From: Candidatus Magasanikiibacteriota bacterium | GTDB lineage: Bacteria > Patescibacteriota > Minisyncoccia > UBA6257 > GWB1-50-10 | Length of the DNA stretch: 59,797 bases | NCBI GenBank assembly: GCA_042218035.1 | Contig: JBDGRM010000032.1 | Location: forward strand, 1-59,797 | Direction of reading: 5' to 3' | Shown: in pieces, positions 8,080 through 18,700 of the stretch | Position numbering within the stretch: the stretch's first letter is position 1 | How the letters are laid out: each line of letters begins with the position of its first letter | Position numbers and translations under genes: made by a program | Notes under the pieces: model-generated | Databases searched by the model: none | Told to the model about the DNA's origin: nothing | What the model saw: only the letters and a program-made list of their open reading frames with translations

Positions 8080-9999
8080 ATGGCAGAACCTCAAGATCCA
8101 AGAGATTATACGGCAAAAGACATAAAAGTTCTATCTGGCCTTGATCCGGTAAGAAAAAGGCCGGGTATGTATATAGGCTCTACTGGCTCTGATGGACTAC
8201 ATCACCTTATTTGGGAGGTGGTAGATAATGGTATTGATGAAGCTATGGGTGGTCATGCTGACGAGATTGAGGTGAAGTTGTTGGAAGACGGCCGGGTTCA
8301 GGTTAAAGATAATGGTAGAGGAATTCCTGTTTCTGAACATGAAGAAAGTGGCAAATCAGCTTTGGAAACTGTTATGACCACCTTGCACGCTGGAGGTAAA
8401 TTCGGTGGAGAGGGTTACAAGGTGTCTGGAGGTTTGCATGGAGTAGGGGTTTCAGTTGTTAATGCTTTGTCTTCGCACATGAAAGTTGAGGTTTGCAGAG
8501 AAGGAGAAAAGTATGTTCAGGAGTATGAGCAAGGCTCTCCGGAGAGTGACTTAAAAAATGAAGGTAAATGCAGTAATTCGGGCACAAAGATAACTTTCAA
8601 GCCGGATTCTGAAATATTTTCTACTTTAGATTTTAATATAGACAGAATTAAAAATAGACTTCGTCAGCAGGCTTATTTAACAAAAGGTACCAATTTAAAA
8701 GTTGTAGATGAAAGAGAAGGTTCAGATATCCCTAAGTCCTATAGTTTTTATTTTGATGGGGGACTCGCCTCTTATTTGGATTATTTGGTAGGAGCCGCTG
8801 ACAGAATTGTTAAGAATGATTTGTATGTTCATAGAGAGCTTGATGACGTGGAGGTAGAAATAGCTCTGACCTACACTGATGACACTGAATATGAAGAAAT
8901 TTCCTTCGCTAATCATATAAGAACTGTTAACGGAGGTACTCACGTAACGGGCTTCCGTTCGGCTTTAACAAGAACTCTGAATAAATATGGCCGGAACAAT
9001 AAGCTTTTGAAGAAGTCAGAAGACAACCTTACAGGCTCGGATGTTAGAGAAGGTTTGGTGGTGGTTATATCGGCTAAGCTGAAAGAACCTCAGTTTGAAG
9101 GCCAGACTAAAGGGAAGTTGGGTAATCCAGAAGCTAGAAGTGCAGTTGAAAAGGTTACCGGAGAAGCGCTTGAGGAATTTTTGGGTCAATACTCTAAAGA
9201 CGCAAAAAGGATATTAGAAAAGAACAAAGTAGCTAAGAAGGCTCGGAAAGCTGCTAAAGCTGCAAAGGATACAGTGGTAAGAAAGGGGGCAATGGAAGGC
9301 CTTGCTTTGCCTGGTAAGCTTTCGGATTGCACTTCTAGAGACCCGTCGGAGTCAGAACTTTTCATCGTGGAAGGTGACAGTGCAGGAGGGAGTGCTAAGA
9401 GTGGGCGAGATAGAAGGACTCAAGCAATTCTTCCTTTAAGGGGTAAGATTTTAAATGTTGAAAAGGCAAGGCTTGATAAGATGCTTAAGAACAAGGAAAT
9501 TAAATCTCTTGTTATAGCACTGGGTACTGCTATAGGAGATAGTTTTGATATAGATGAGTTGAGGTACGATAAAATAATCATAATGACTGATGCGGATGTG
9601 GATGGGGCTCATATTAGAACTTTGTTGCTGACTTTGTTTTATCGTTATTTTTACGAAATTATTCAAGAAGGCCACCTTTATATCGCTCAGCCACCTTTGT
9701 ATCAAGTTAAAAAAGGCAGGAAATCAGAGTATGCTTATTCAGAAAAAGAAAAAGAAAAACTGGTTGAAGAAATGGGAAAGCGAGCAGGGGTTCAGAGATA
9801 CAAAGGACTTGGTGAAATGAATCCTGAGCAACTTTGGAAAACTACCATGAATCCTGAAAATAGAATTTTGAAAGAAGTAAAGGTGGAAGATGCAGAAGAG
9901 GCGGATAGACTTTTTGATGTTCTCATGGGAAAGGATGTCGCTCCCCGCAAGAAATTTATCCAGTCAAAAGCAACTGCAGTTGAAAACTTGGACGTTTAA
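8080..9999 (+). CDS. gyrB: DNA gyrase subunit B
   Basis: GLDPVRKRPGMYIGS, LHHLIWEVVDNGIDE, GGLHGVG, EGDSAGGSAK, and Toprim PLRGKILNVE / DADVDGAHI. 639 aa. Confidence 0.97.
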   Translation: MAEPQDPRDYTAKDIKVLSGLDPVRKRPGMYIGSTGSDGLHHLIWEVVDNGIDEAMGGHADEIEVKLLEDGRVQVKDNGRGIPVSEHEESGKSALETVMTTLHAGGKFGGEGYKVSGGLHGVGVSVVNALSSHMKVEVCREGEKYVQEYEQGSPESDLKNEGKCSNSGTKITFKPDSEIFSTLDFNIDRIKNRLRQQAYLTKGTNLKVVDEREGSDIPKSYSFYFDGGLASYLDYLVGAADRIVKNDLYVHRELDDVEVEIALTYTDDTEYEEISFANHIRTVNGGTHVTGFRSALTRTLNKYGRNNKLLKKSEDNLTGSDVREGLVVVISAKLKEPQFEGQTKGKLGNPEARSAVEKVTGEALEEFLGQYSKDAKRILEKNKVAKKARKAAKAAKDTVVRKGAMEGLALPGKLSDCTSRDPSESELFIVEGDSAGGSAKSGRDRRTQAILPLRGKILNVEKARLDKMLKNKEIKSLVIALGTAIGDSFDIDELRYDKIIIMTDADVDGAHIRTLLLTLFYRYFYEIIQEGHLYIAQPPLYQVKKGRKSEYAYSEKEKEKLVEEMGKRAGVQRYKGLGEMNPEQLWKTTMNPENRILKEVKVEDAEEADRLFDVLMGKDVAPRKKFIQSKATAVENLDV

Positions 10000-10158
10000 T
10001 AAAGGTATTTTAAACCTTGAAACTTCGCTAACAGGATTTTTATGATTGTGCTTAAAGAGGGAGGAGGTAGATTTGAAAAAAATTACCAAGTCCGATAGAT
10101 TGAATACAGTCCCTCGGTTTTCCGGGGTGGTTAATATCATTTTAGAAGAATTATTTTT

Positions 10159-10341
10159 ATGTGGCAGAAAACAAAAACATTTCTTAAAGAATCCCGTAAA
10201 GAATTTGAAAAGATTAGCTGGCCCACTCGAGGAGAGACTATACAGTATACTGCTTTTGTGATTGTCTTCTCATTGGTTCTTTCAGCTATTTTAGGGTTTT
10301 TGGATTTCATATTTACTCGCCTTATAAGTTATATAATCTAA
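10159..10341 (+). CDS. secE: Preprotein translocase subunit SecE
   Basis: KEFEKISWPTRGETIQYTAFVIVFSLVL, a single C-terminal TM, and position directly upstream of nusG. Confidence 0.8.
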   Translation: MWQKTKTFLKESRKEFEKISWPTRGETIQYTAFVIVFSLVLSAILGFLDFIFTRLISYII

Positions 10342-10347
10342 ATTATT

Positions 10348-10917
10348 ATGAGCGAATCTTTACTAGGAGGACTTGATTCCTCTGAAGAAAAAGAAAGACA
10401 CTGGTACGCTGTTCATACTTATTCAGGTTATGAAGATGCCGTAGCCCGTTATTTGAAGCAACGGGTTGAGTCACTTGCTATGGAAGACAAAATTTTCGAT
10501 GTGGTAGTTCCGAAGGAAACTAAAATAAAAGTGGAAGACGGACAAAGGGAAAAGGTAGAAGAGAAAGTTTATCCAGGTTATGTTTTGGTTGATATGGTTC
10601 AAGATAGTGATTCTTGGTATGTAGTGAGGAACACCCCAAGGGTCACCGGCTTTGTTGGGGCCGACTCAAAGGAACCAACCCCCCTTTCAAAGGAAGAGGT
10701 TGAGGAAATAATGGAAAAAATGTCAGAAGAAGAACCTGAGGTGAGCATTGATTTTGAGGTTAATGAGTCAGTAAAGATAGTTGATGGTCCTTTTAGCGGG
10801 TATGATGGCAAGGTCACTGATGTTAATGAAGATAAAGGAAAAATAAAAGTTACCGTTCCGATGTTTGGGCGTGATACGACTGTAGAGTTGGATACTCTTC
10901 AGGTGGAAAAAATCTAG
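10348..10917 (+). CDS. nusG: Transcription termination/antitermination factor NusG
   Basis: WYAVHTYSGYE (NGN domain), YPGYVLV, and KOW VKIVDGPFSGYDGKV. Conserved secE-nusG-rplK order. Confidence 0.9.
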   Translation: MSESLLGGLDSSEEKERHWYAVHTYSGYEDAVARYLKQRVESLAMEDKIFDVVVPKETKIKVEDGQREKVEEKVYPGYVLVDMVQDSDSWYVVRNTPRVTGFVGADSKEPTPLSKEEVEEIMEKMSEEEPEVSIDFEVNESVKIVDGPFSGYDGKVTDVNEDKGKIKVTVPMFGRDTTVELDTLQVEKI

Positions 10918-11035
10918 GAAAGTTTTTATTTTTTGGTTTCTATATTTTACTTCTTGAAGGTTTCTAGTTAGTATTGTTAGTCGCGTAGTTCATTTTTTGC
11001 AATTTCCAATTTTTGAATATAAGTAAATAAAAATT

Positions 11036-11461
11036 ATGGCAAACAAAGACGTAAAAACTGTATTAAAAATGCAAATTAAAGCAGGAGAGGCAGATGCTGC
11101 TCCACCAATTGGGCCTGCGTTGGGTCAGCACGGAGTGAACATTGGAGATTTTGTAAGTCAGTTTAATGAGCAAACAGCTGACAGAGAAGGGGATCTTATT
11201 CCTGTTGAGATTACCGTTTACAAAGATAGAAGCTTTGACTTTGAAACTAAAAGCCCTCCTGCTTCTTTTCTTCTCAAGCAAGCCGCAGGTATTGAAAAGG
11301 CAGCTGCAGAACCCCACAAGGAAACGGTTGGCACTGTAACGGAAGAAGATCTAAAAAAGATAGCTAAGAAAAAGATGGATGGACTGAACGCTCGAGACAT
11401 GGATGCAGCTGTGAAGATTATAAAAGGAACAGCCAAAAATATGGGAATTGAGGTTGAATAA
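11036..11461 (+). CDS. rplK: Ribosomal protein L11
   Basis: KMQIKAGEADAAPPIGPALGQHGVNI and SFDFETKSPPASFLLK. 141 aa. Confidence 0.95.
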   Translation: MANKDVKTVLKMQIKAGEADAAPPIGPALGQHGVNIGDFVSQFNEQTADREGDLIPVEITVYKDRSFDFETKSPPASFLLKQAAGIEKAAAEPHKETVGTVTEEDLKKIAKKKMDGLNARDMDAAVKIIKGTAKNMGIEVE

Positions 11462-11626
11462 CCTCAATTCTTATATTCTTCAAAAAGGGGCCGGGGAAAA
11501 GAATTTTCCCCGTGTTGGAAAGCAACGAGTGGAACGAGTGCCGGAAACCGTGGGTTTCCGGGAACGAGCGAAGCGAGGACGGAATATCGGGAATTGAGGT
11601 TGAATAACCTCAATTCTTATATTCTT
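11443..11626 (+). repeat. Perfect 38-bp direct repeat (11443-11480 and 11589-11626) flanking a 108-bp G+C-rich structured insert
   Basis: gggaattgaggttgaataacctcaattcttatattctt occurs twice. Each copy holds the last rplK codons, the TAA, and an 11-bp-stem hairpin gaattgaggtt/aacctcaattc. The insert has hairpins ggggaaaa/ttttcccc (11493-11511) and ccggaaac/gtttccgg (11541-11561). Confidence 0.9.
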
Positions 11627-11746
11627 TTTATAAGATAAGGCTTAAGTAAATTTAGTTTTTTACTAAGTTTTAAAGTTATGGATATGCCGGTTTTTTCCGG
11701 CATTTTTTATTTTTGCAAGTTAATGTTACTGTTTTATTTGAATGCT

Positions 11747-12442
11747 ATGAATAAAAACAAAGAGAGTACTTTAATAGCTATTGAAGGAACCGATGGTTCT
11801 GGAAAGACCTCTCAGTTTGAGATTTTGAAAAACAAATTAAAGAAGCAAGGTTTTAACTTTAGGACACTTGATTTTCCTCAATATGATAGAAATTCTTCTT
11901 ATTTTATTAAGCGTTACTTAAACGGAGATTATGGTAATTTAGATGAGGTTACTCCTCGTCAGGCCTCTCTTTTGTATGCTTTAGACAGGTTTGATGTTAA
12001 AAATCGAATGAAAGATTGGCTATCACAAGAATTGATAGTCCTGTGTAATCGTTATGTTTACTCGAATATGGCTCATCAAGCAGCTAAAATTGACTCACCT
12101 TCAAAGAGAGATGAATTTTTAGATTGGATTTATCGATTGGAATACGAAGTTTTAGGTCATCCAGAGCCCGATTTGAGTTTATTTCTTAAAGTACCGGCTG
12201 AAAAAGCTCAAGATTTAGGGAACAAGAAACCTGAAAGCAGAAGAAGTTACGTGAACGGAAAAGAGCAAGATATTCATGAAGAGAGCCTTGAGCACCTCAA
12301 AAAGGCAAAAAATGTTTATGGTACACTAGTAAAAAACAATTCTGAATTTAAAATGATTAATTGCTTGAAGGGTGGAGAGCTGATTTCAAAAGAGGAGATT
12401 CATAAGAAGGTTTGGGGAGCAGTAGATAAATTTTTAACATAA
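11747..12442 (+). CDS. tmk: Thymidylate kinase-like (dTMP kinase family)
   Basis: P-loop IAIEGTDGSGKTSQ and LDRF (DR motif). I place the start at ATG 11747, not the upstream start at 11678. Confidence 0.8.
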   Translation: MNKNKESTLIAIEGTDGSGKTSQFEILKNKLKKQGFNFRTLDFPQYDRNSSYFIKRYLNGDYGNLDEVTPRQASLLYALDRFDVKNRMKDWLSQELIVLCNRYVYSNMAHQAAKIDSPSKRDEFLDWIYRLEYEVLGHPEPDLSLFLKVPAEKAQDLGNKKPESRRSYVNGKEQDIHEESLEHLKKAKNVYGTLVKNNSEFKMINCLKGGELISKEEIHKKVWGAVDKFLT

Positions 12443-12455
12443 TTAATTTCTAAAA

Positions 12456-13889
12456 ATGTCTTACAAAACAACAATAGGGCTAGAAATACACATAGAGCTG
12501 GATACTGCAACGAAGATGTTTTGTTCTTGCCCCAATGATCCTTATGAATCACACCCTAACGTGAATATATGTCCCATTTGTCTAGGTCATCCCGGAACTT
12601 TACCAACTATAAACAAAAAAGCGGTAGAAAAAGTTTTGTTGGTAGGGTATGCCCTGGATGCTGATCTAGTGAATGAAACTCATTTTGATAGAAAGAGCTA
12701 TTTTTATCCTGATTTGCCAAAAGGTTTTCAGATTTCTCAATATGATAAACCTTTAGTTAAAAACGGACAGTTGAAAGGTGTATCGATTAAACGGATTCAT
12801 TTAGAGGAAGATACAGGGTCCCTATCTCACTCTTCTGGTAATTACAGTTTGGTCGATTATAACAGAGCAGGAATGCCTCTTGCAGAGCTTGTTACTGAGC
12901 CGGATATAAATTCTAGCGAGGAAGCTTTGGAATTTGCTAAAGAACTTCAATTAATCTTCCGCTATTTAAATGTTTCCAGTGCTGATATGGAAAGGGGTCA
13001 GATGAGAGTTGAAGCAAATGTTTCGGTAAGTGAGGATGAAGGTAACTTGGGTACAAAAGTAGAATTAAAAAACTTGAACTCATTTAAGGCTGTAAGGGAG
13101 GCTATAAAGTATGAAGTAGAGAGACAAAAAGAAAAATTGGAAAAAGGGGAATCAATTACCCAACAAACGAGAGGGTGGGATGAGCAAAAAGGGGTTACGG
13201 TTGCTCAACGAGAAAAGGAGGAAGCTCATGGATATAGATACTTTCCTGAACCCGATTTACCAACTTTCAAGGTGGAAGATGAGTGGAATACTCAAGATTT
13301 AGAAGAGAAGACCCCCGAACTACCTCAAGAAAAGCGACACCGATTTAGAGATCAATTCAATTTGGATAAAGAGGATATAAATTTTTTGGTTCAAGATAAG
13401 ACGCAGGCTGATTTTTTTGAAAATGCAGTTTCGGAATTAAAGAATTTTGATTCTTCGTATGATGAAAAGGTTTTATTTAATTACTTAAAAAGCGATTTAC
13501 GGGGAATATTAAAAGAGAGAGCGGCTAATTTTGAGGATTTACTCGTAAGCCCAGAGGATTTTGGCCATCTTATTGCTTTAGTTGAATCAGGAGAAATTTC
13601 CTCTAAAATAGCCAAGGACATGTTGGAGGAGATGTTTGAGACAGGAAAGGACCCTGAAACTTTGCAAGAAGAAGGTCAGTATGAGCTTATAGGATCAGAA
13701 AGTGATTTGGAGCCCTTAGCTAAAAAAGTCATAGAAGAGAACCCTGATCCGGTATCAGATTATCTAGATGGAAAAAGGGCAGCTGTGCAGGCTCTAGTTG
13801 GAAAAATTATGTCTGAAACGAATGGACAAGCGGATCCTGAATTGGCAAAGAGCGTGCTGGAGGAGGAGTTGTCAAAAATTGAGGACTAA
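12456..13889 (+). CDS. gatB: Asp/Glu-tRNA amidotransferase subunit B
   Basis: TTIGLEIHIELDTATKMFCSC, PICLGHPGTLP, and a C-terminal GatB/YqeY helical domain. 477 aa. Confidence 0.95.
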   Translation: MSYKTTIGLEIHIELDTATKMFCSCPNDPYESHPNVNICPICLGHPGTLPTINKKAVEKVLLVGYALDADLVNETHFDRKSYFYPDLPKGFQISQYDKPLVKNGQLKGVSIKRIHLEEDTGSLSHSSGNYSLVDYNRAGMPLAELVTEPDINSSEEALEFAKELQLIFRYLNVSSADMERGQMRVEANVSVSEDEGNLGTKVELKNLNSFKAVREAIKYEVERQKEKLEKGESITQQTRGWDEQKGVTVAQREKEEAHGYRYFPEPDLPTFKVEDEWNTQDLEEKTPELPQEKRHRFRDQFNLDKEDINFLVQDKTQADFFENAVSELKNFDSSYDEKVLFNYLKSDLRGILKERAANFEDLLVSPEDFGHLIALVESGEISSKIAKDMLEEMFETGKDPETLQEEGQYELIGSESDLEPLAKKVIEENPDPVSDYLDGKRAAVQALVGKIMSETNGQADPELAKSVLEEELSKIED

Positions 13890-13898
13890 ATTTCTTAT

Positions 13899-15644
13899 TT
13901 ATTTTTCTATCTCTTTTAATAGTTTGGTTTTAAACTCTTCCAACTCCTTTTCTCCGATATCACCTTTTTCTCTATGCCTAATTGAAACTGTTTTGGCTGA
14001 TTTTTCATCTGGGCCTACTATTAAAGCATATGGGATTTTGTCGGTTTCAAAGTTTCGTATTCTTTTCGATAAGCTTTTGTCTACGTTTGGTATTTCTACC
14101 CGAATTTCCTCATTCTCAAGCTCCTCTTTTATTTGTTCGCCGTAAGAAGTTTCTTCTTCACTTATAGGCAATATTTGAACTTGGGTTGGGTGTAGCCAGG
14201 TTGGCAACTTACCTTTGTAGTGTTCTATGAGTATTCCTAATATTCTTTCTATTGACCCTGTAGTTGCTACGTGTAGTATTGTAGGTCGAACCTCTTTCCC
14301 TTTTTCATTTTTATAAGTCATGTCAAAATTCTTCGGTTGATTGTAATCAAGCTGAATTGTGGACAGTTGCCAGTCTCTTTTGAGAGCGTCTTGGAGCATA
14401 ATATCTATTTTTGGGCCGTAAAAGGCGGCCTCTCCCTGACCTATTTCATATTCTATATCTGCCTTTTCAAGGGCTGACTTTAATGCGTTCTCAGCCTGTT
14501 GCCATGTTTTTTCACTTCCCAGATAATCTTCGGGAGATTCGGGATCTCTTGCTGAAATTCTTGCTCTGTATTTTTCAAAGCCGAGTGCTTCAAGAATGTT
14601 TTTTATTAATGCCAAAACGCTCCGAAGCTCTTCTTTTATTTGTTCTTCTCTTAAGAAGATATGGGTATCATCTATGGTGAGTGACCTTACTCTAAATAAC
14701 CCACTTAATTCTCCCGATTGCTCGTATCTGTAAACTGTTCCGTTTTCGGCTAATCTGATAGGAAGTTCTTTATAGCTTCTTTGCTTGTTATTGTAGATTT
14801 GGAAATGGTGAGGGCAATTCATTGGCTTTACCACATACTCCTCATCATCGGCCTCGAAGGGTTTGAACATAGCGTCATATTTTCCCCAGTGTCCGGATTT
14901 GTGATATAAGTCGGACTTTGCAATATGAGGAGTTTTTACAAATTCATAACCTCGTTTTTGTTTTTCTTTGTTTATAAAGCTTTTGATTTCATCTCTTACT
15001 ATTTCACCTTCCCGTGTAAAGATAGGCAAACCTTTCCCAACCTCATCAGAAATAAGGAATAGATTCAGTTTCTTGTTTAATTTTCGATGATCTCTTTGCT
15101 TGGCCTCTTCCCTTTTTTGTATGTATTTTTCCAGTTCTTCTTCCGTTTCAAATGCAAGCCCGTAAATTCGAGTTAGCATTTTATTTTCTTCATCACCCTT
15201 CCAATAAGCCCCGGCTATTTTGTCCAAGGTGAAACCGGAAGGGTTTATTTCTGAAGTTCTTTCAACATGACCTCCCTTGCAAAGGTCTTTAAATTTTTCA
15301 CCAGTTTTATAAATAGTTAAGTCCTTGTTTTTCTCAGAAAAATCTTCGATTAATTCTAATTTAAATGGTTGATCAGAGAATATCTCCTTTGCTTTTTCAG
15401 TGTTTACTTTTGAGCCGGAAAAAGGAAGATCTTCGTTTATTATTTCTTCCATTCTGTCTTCAAGACCTTTTAAGTCTTCTTCAGTTGGTCCGTCATTTGG
15501 GAATAAAATATCATAATAGAACCCATTCTCGATAGTGGGTCCTATCCCTAGTTTTGCTTCGGGCCATTTTTCTAGAACTGCAGCGGCTAAAATGTGAGAT
15601 AGCGAATGTCGAATTTTGTCTATTTTTTCTTTTGATTCATTCAT
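13899..15644 (-). CDS. thrS: Threonyl-tRNA synthetase (no N-terminal TGS domain)
   Basis: RHSLSHILAAAV (second additional domain) and class II core RDHRKL...MNCPHHFQIY...FRVRSLTIDDTHIF. 581 aa. Confidence 0.95.
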   Translation of the reverse strand: MNESKEKIDKIRHSLSHILAAAVLEKWPEAKLGIGPTIENGFYYDILFPNDGPTEEDLKGLEDRMEEIINEDLPFSGSKVNTEKAKEIFSDQPFKLELIEDFSEKNKDLTIYKTGEKFKDLCKGGHVERTSEINPSGFTLDKIAGAYWKGDEENKMLTRIYGLAFETEEELEKYIQKREEAKQRDHRKLNKKLNLFLISDEVGKGLPIFTREGEIVRDEIKSFINKEKQKRGYEFVKTPHIAKSDLYHKSGHWGKYDAMFKPFEADDEEYVVKPMNCPHHFQIYNNKQRSYKELPIRLAENGTVYRYEQSGELSGLFRVRSLTIDDTHIFLREEQIKEELRSVLALIKNILEALGFEKYRARISARDPESPEDYLGSEKTWQQAENALKSALEKADIEYEIGQGEAAFYGPKIDIMLQDALKRDWQLSTIQLDYNQPKNFDMTYKNEKGKEVRPTILHVATTGSIERILGILIEHYKGKLPTWLHPTQVQILPISEEETSYGEQIKEELENEEIRVEIPNVDKSLSKRIRNFETDKIPYALIVGPDEKSAKTVSIRHREKGDIGEKELEEFKTKLLKEIEK

Positions 15645-15706
15645 GATTTTATAATTGGTTTATATTAGAAAGGGTAATTTTTGTAGAGGTTTCAGTCAAA
15701 AATTTT

Positions 15707-18700
15707 TTACAGCCCCTCCACTTTGTTGCAAATTAGTTTTGGTTGCTCATCTCGAAAAGAGACTCGCCCCTTTACTGCAATAGCTTTTCCTTCTTTCCAA
15801 ATTTGTCGGGTTTTCTTCAGTAAATCTGAAAATACGAGAAGTTCCATTTCATCGGTATCGTCTTCCAGGGAAACAAAAAGCATAGGGTTGCCTCGCTTGG
15901 TAGTAATTTGTTTTACAGAATTGATTATGCCCGCCGCTATTATACCTTTGGTATGATCATCCTCCTCTTTAATTAAAATCTGTTCTATCGGTTCGGTTTC
16001 AGGGTGAATTTTGTCTTTATATTCTGAAAAAGGGTGGTCTGTTAAGTACAGGCCCAGTAGTTCTTTTTCCCAATCAAGCATTTGTTTTTTGTCAATATCT
16101 TTTGCTTCTTCCAAATTGAGAGAGCCTGTTTTGCTTTTCCCAAAAAGGTCGCCCTGATCGCTGTTTGCCTTTTTCCGAGCTGCTTGGTTGAAATTGACCA
16201 GCTTTGAAAGGTTTGTAAGGGCTTTTTCTCTTGAGATGCCCAAAGAAGTGAGAGCCCCTGATTTTATGAGACTCTCAAGGGAAGTTTTGTTAAAGTCACG
16301 CCTATGGATTCGTGAAAGAAAGTCGGTCAAATTTTTAAATGGTCCTCCTTGTGTTCTTTCTTTTATTATACCTTTTACTACATTTCTTCCCAGGTTTTTT
16401 ATTCCAAGAAGGCCGAATCGAATTGCATTTTCTTCCTCGTCTATAGAGAAATTTTTCATGCTTTTATTTACGTCGGGAGGCATAACTTCAATTCCCATGT
16501 TATTAGCTTCCTTAACTAGTTCAGTGATTCTATCAATATCAGTAGCGGATGTATTCATTAACCCGGTCATGAACTCAATTGGATAGTGTGCCTTAAGATA
16601 AGCTGTCTGATAACTAATCATTGCGTAGCTTGCTGCATGAGATCGGTTGAAACCGTATCTTGCAAAAGGAGGGAATAATTCCCAAATTTCCTCCGCCTTT
16701 TTTTGGCTTATTCCATTATCAATCATGCCTTCAATTAGCTTTTGTTTTTGTTCTTGGAGTAGCGATTCTATTTTCTTTCCTATAGCCTTTCTTAGAACAT
16801 CGGCCTCCCCAAGGGAAAATCCTGCCAAATCCCGAGCTATCTGCATCATTTGTTCCTGGTAAATCCCTACTCCGTAAGTTTGTCCTAAGATTGGCTCAAG
16901 GTCGGGGTGAATGAAAGTTACCTCTTCCTCTCCGTGTTTTCTTCTTATATATTGGGGGATCAAGTCCATAGGGCCCGGTCTGTATAGTGAGATCATAGCT
17001 ATTACATCTTCCAATTCAGTGGGTCTTAGTTTTTTGAGATAACGTTTCATTCCGTCGCTTTCAAGTTGAAAAACGCCAGTTGTTTTTCCTTCTTGAAGAA
17101 GTTCGTAAGTTTTTTTGTCATCTAAAGGAAGATTCTCTATGTCTATTTTATCCCCTTCGTGCTCTTCTACGAGATTTATTGTTTCTTCTATAGTGGTAAG
17201 GTTTTTAAGGCCCAAAAAATCCATTTTAAGCAACCCCAACTCCTCCACGCTATCCATTTCAAATTGCGTAATGACTGCATTTTCATCTTGCGGAGCTCTT
17301 TGTAAGGGTACATGTTTAGTAAGGGGCTCGGGAGAAATGACAACTCCACAAGCATGGACTGAAGGGTGCCGGGCAACCCCTTCTAATTTTTTAGCTGAAT
17401 CTATCAGGTTTTCGATTTCTTCATCCTCTTCATATTCTTCTTGCAACTCGTCTACTTGTTCCATAGCTTCATCTATAGTGGCATCGAATGGGATAAGTTT
17501 GGCTATGCGATCACAAAGTCCATAAGGCAGTCCGAGCGCCCGACCTGCATCTCTTATTGCAGCTCTTGCTTTCATCTTTCCAAAGGTTATTATCTGTGCT
17601 ACATGGTCTTCGCCGTATTTTTCCCTTACATATGCCATGACCTCATCACGTCGAGTGTCGGTAAAGTCTATGTCTATATCAGGCACCTCTATTCTTTCGG
17701 GGTTTAAAAATCTTTCAAACAAAAGATCATATTTTATAGGGTCAACGTTTGTAATTCCGAGGACATAAGAAACAAGGCTTCCTGCTGCTGATCCTCGCCC
17801 CGGACCTACTACTATGCCTCTTTTTTTGGCCCAATTTACTATATCTTGGACTATCAAGAAGTAAGTGGCGAAATCCATTTTGTTGATAACTTTCAACTCT
17901 CTTTCTAGCCTTTCTTTAATCTCGTCTGTTATTTCTTCATACCTTTCACGTAACCTTTCTTCTAGAAGGGTTCGCAAATATTCCTTTGAGCTTTCACCGT
18001 TTGGGGTTTCAAATTCGGGTATCCTGTAAGTGTCTGTTTCAAGTTCTATTTCGCATTTTTGAGCTATTTCCATGGTGTTTTTTATGGCAGAGGGATACTC
18101 TTCAAATTCTTGCTTCATTTCTTCGAGGGATCGGAATGAAAGATTAAATTCTTCTAAACTTAATCTGTCTTCATCGTATATCGTGTTTCCGGTTTGAACT
18201 GCTAAGAGTATTTCATGAGCATCTTTGTCTTCCAGATTCGTGTAGTGAGTATCTCCTGTTGCTACCAACGGAATATTCAGTTCTTTTGATATTTCTGACA
18301 GATCTTCATGAATTTCAGGCACGTGTGGTTGCATTTCCAGGTAGTAATCATCACCAAACAATTTAGAGTACCTTTCGGCAGTATTTTTGGCTTTTTTCTT
18401 TTCTCCTTCCAGAAGGTGAGTTGATATTTTAGAAGACCGGCAACCGGAAAGGCATATTATTCCTTCATTATATTTTTTAATTAATTCCTCATCTACTCTT
18501 GGCTTGTAGTAAAATCCTTCCAGGTGCCCTTTTGTAGAAAGTTTAATGAGATTTCTCCAACCTTTTTTGTTTTTTGCTAAAAAGGTTATATGTCTTCGCT
18601 CTTTGTCCCGGCCCCCTTCTTTGTTTTTTCTTCCGTGTGGAGCTGTGTAAGCTTCCATTCCAAGGATTGGTTTAATATTTTCTTCTTTTGCTTGCTGGTA

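Noticed and set aside
10046-10261. 71-aa ORF overlapping the secE start
   Set aside because: The overlapping frame starting at 10159 carries the conserved SecE pattern and TM. This ORF has no motif and would run through it.
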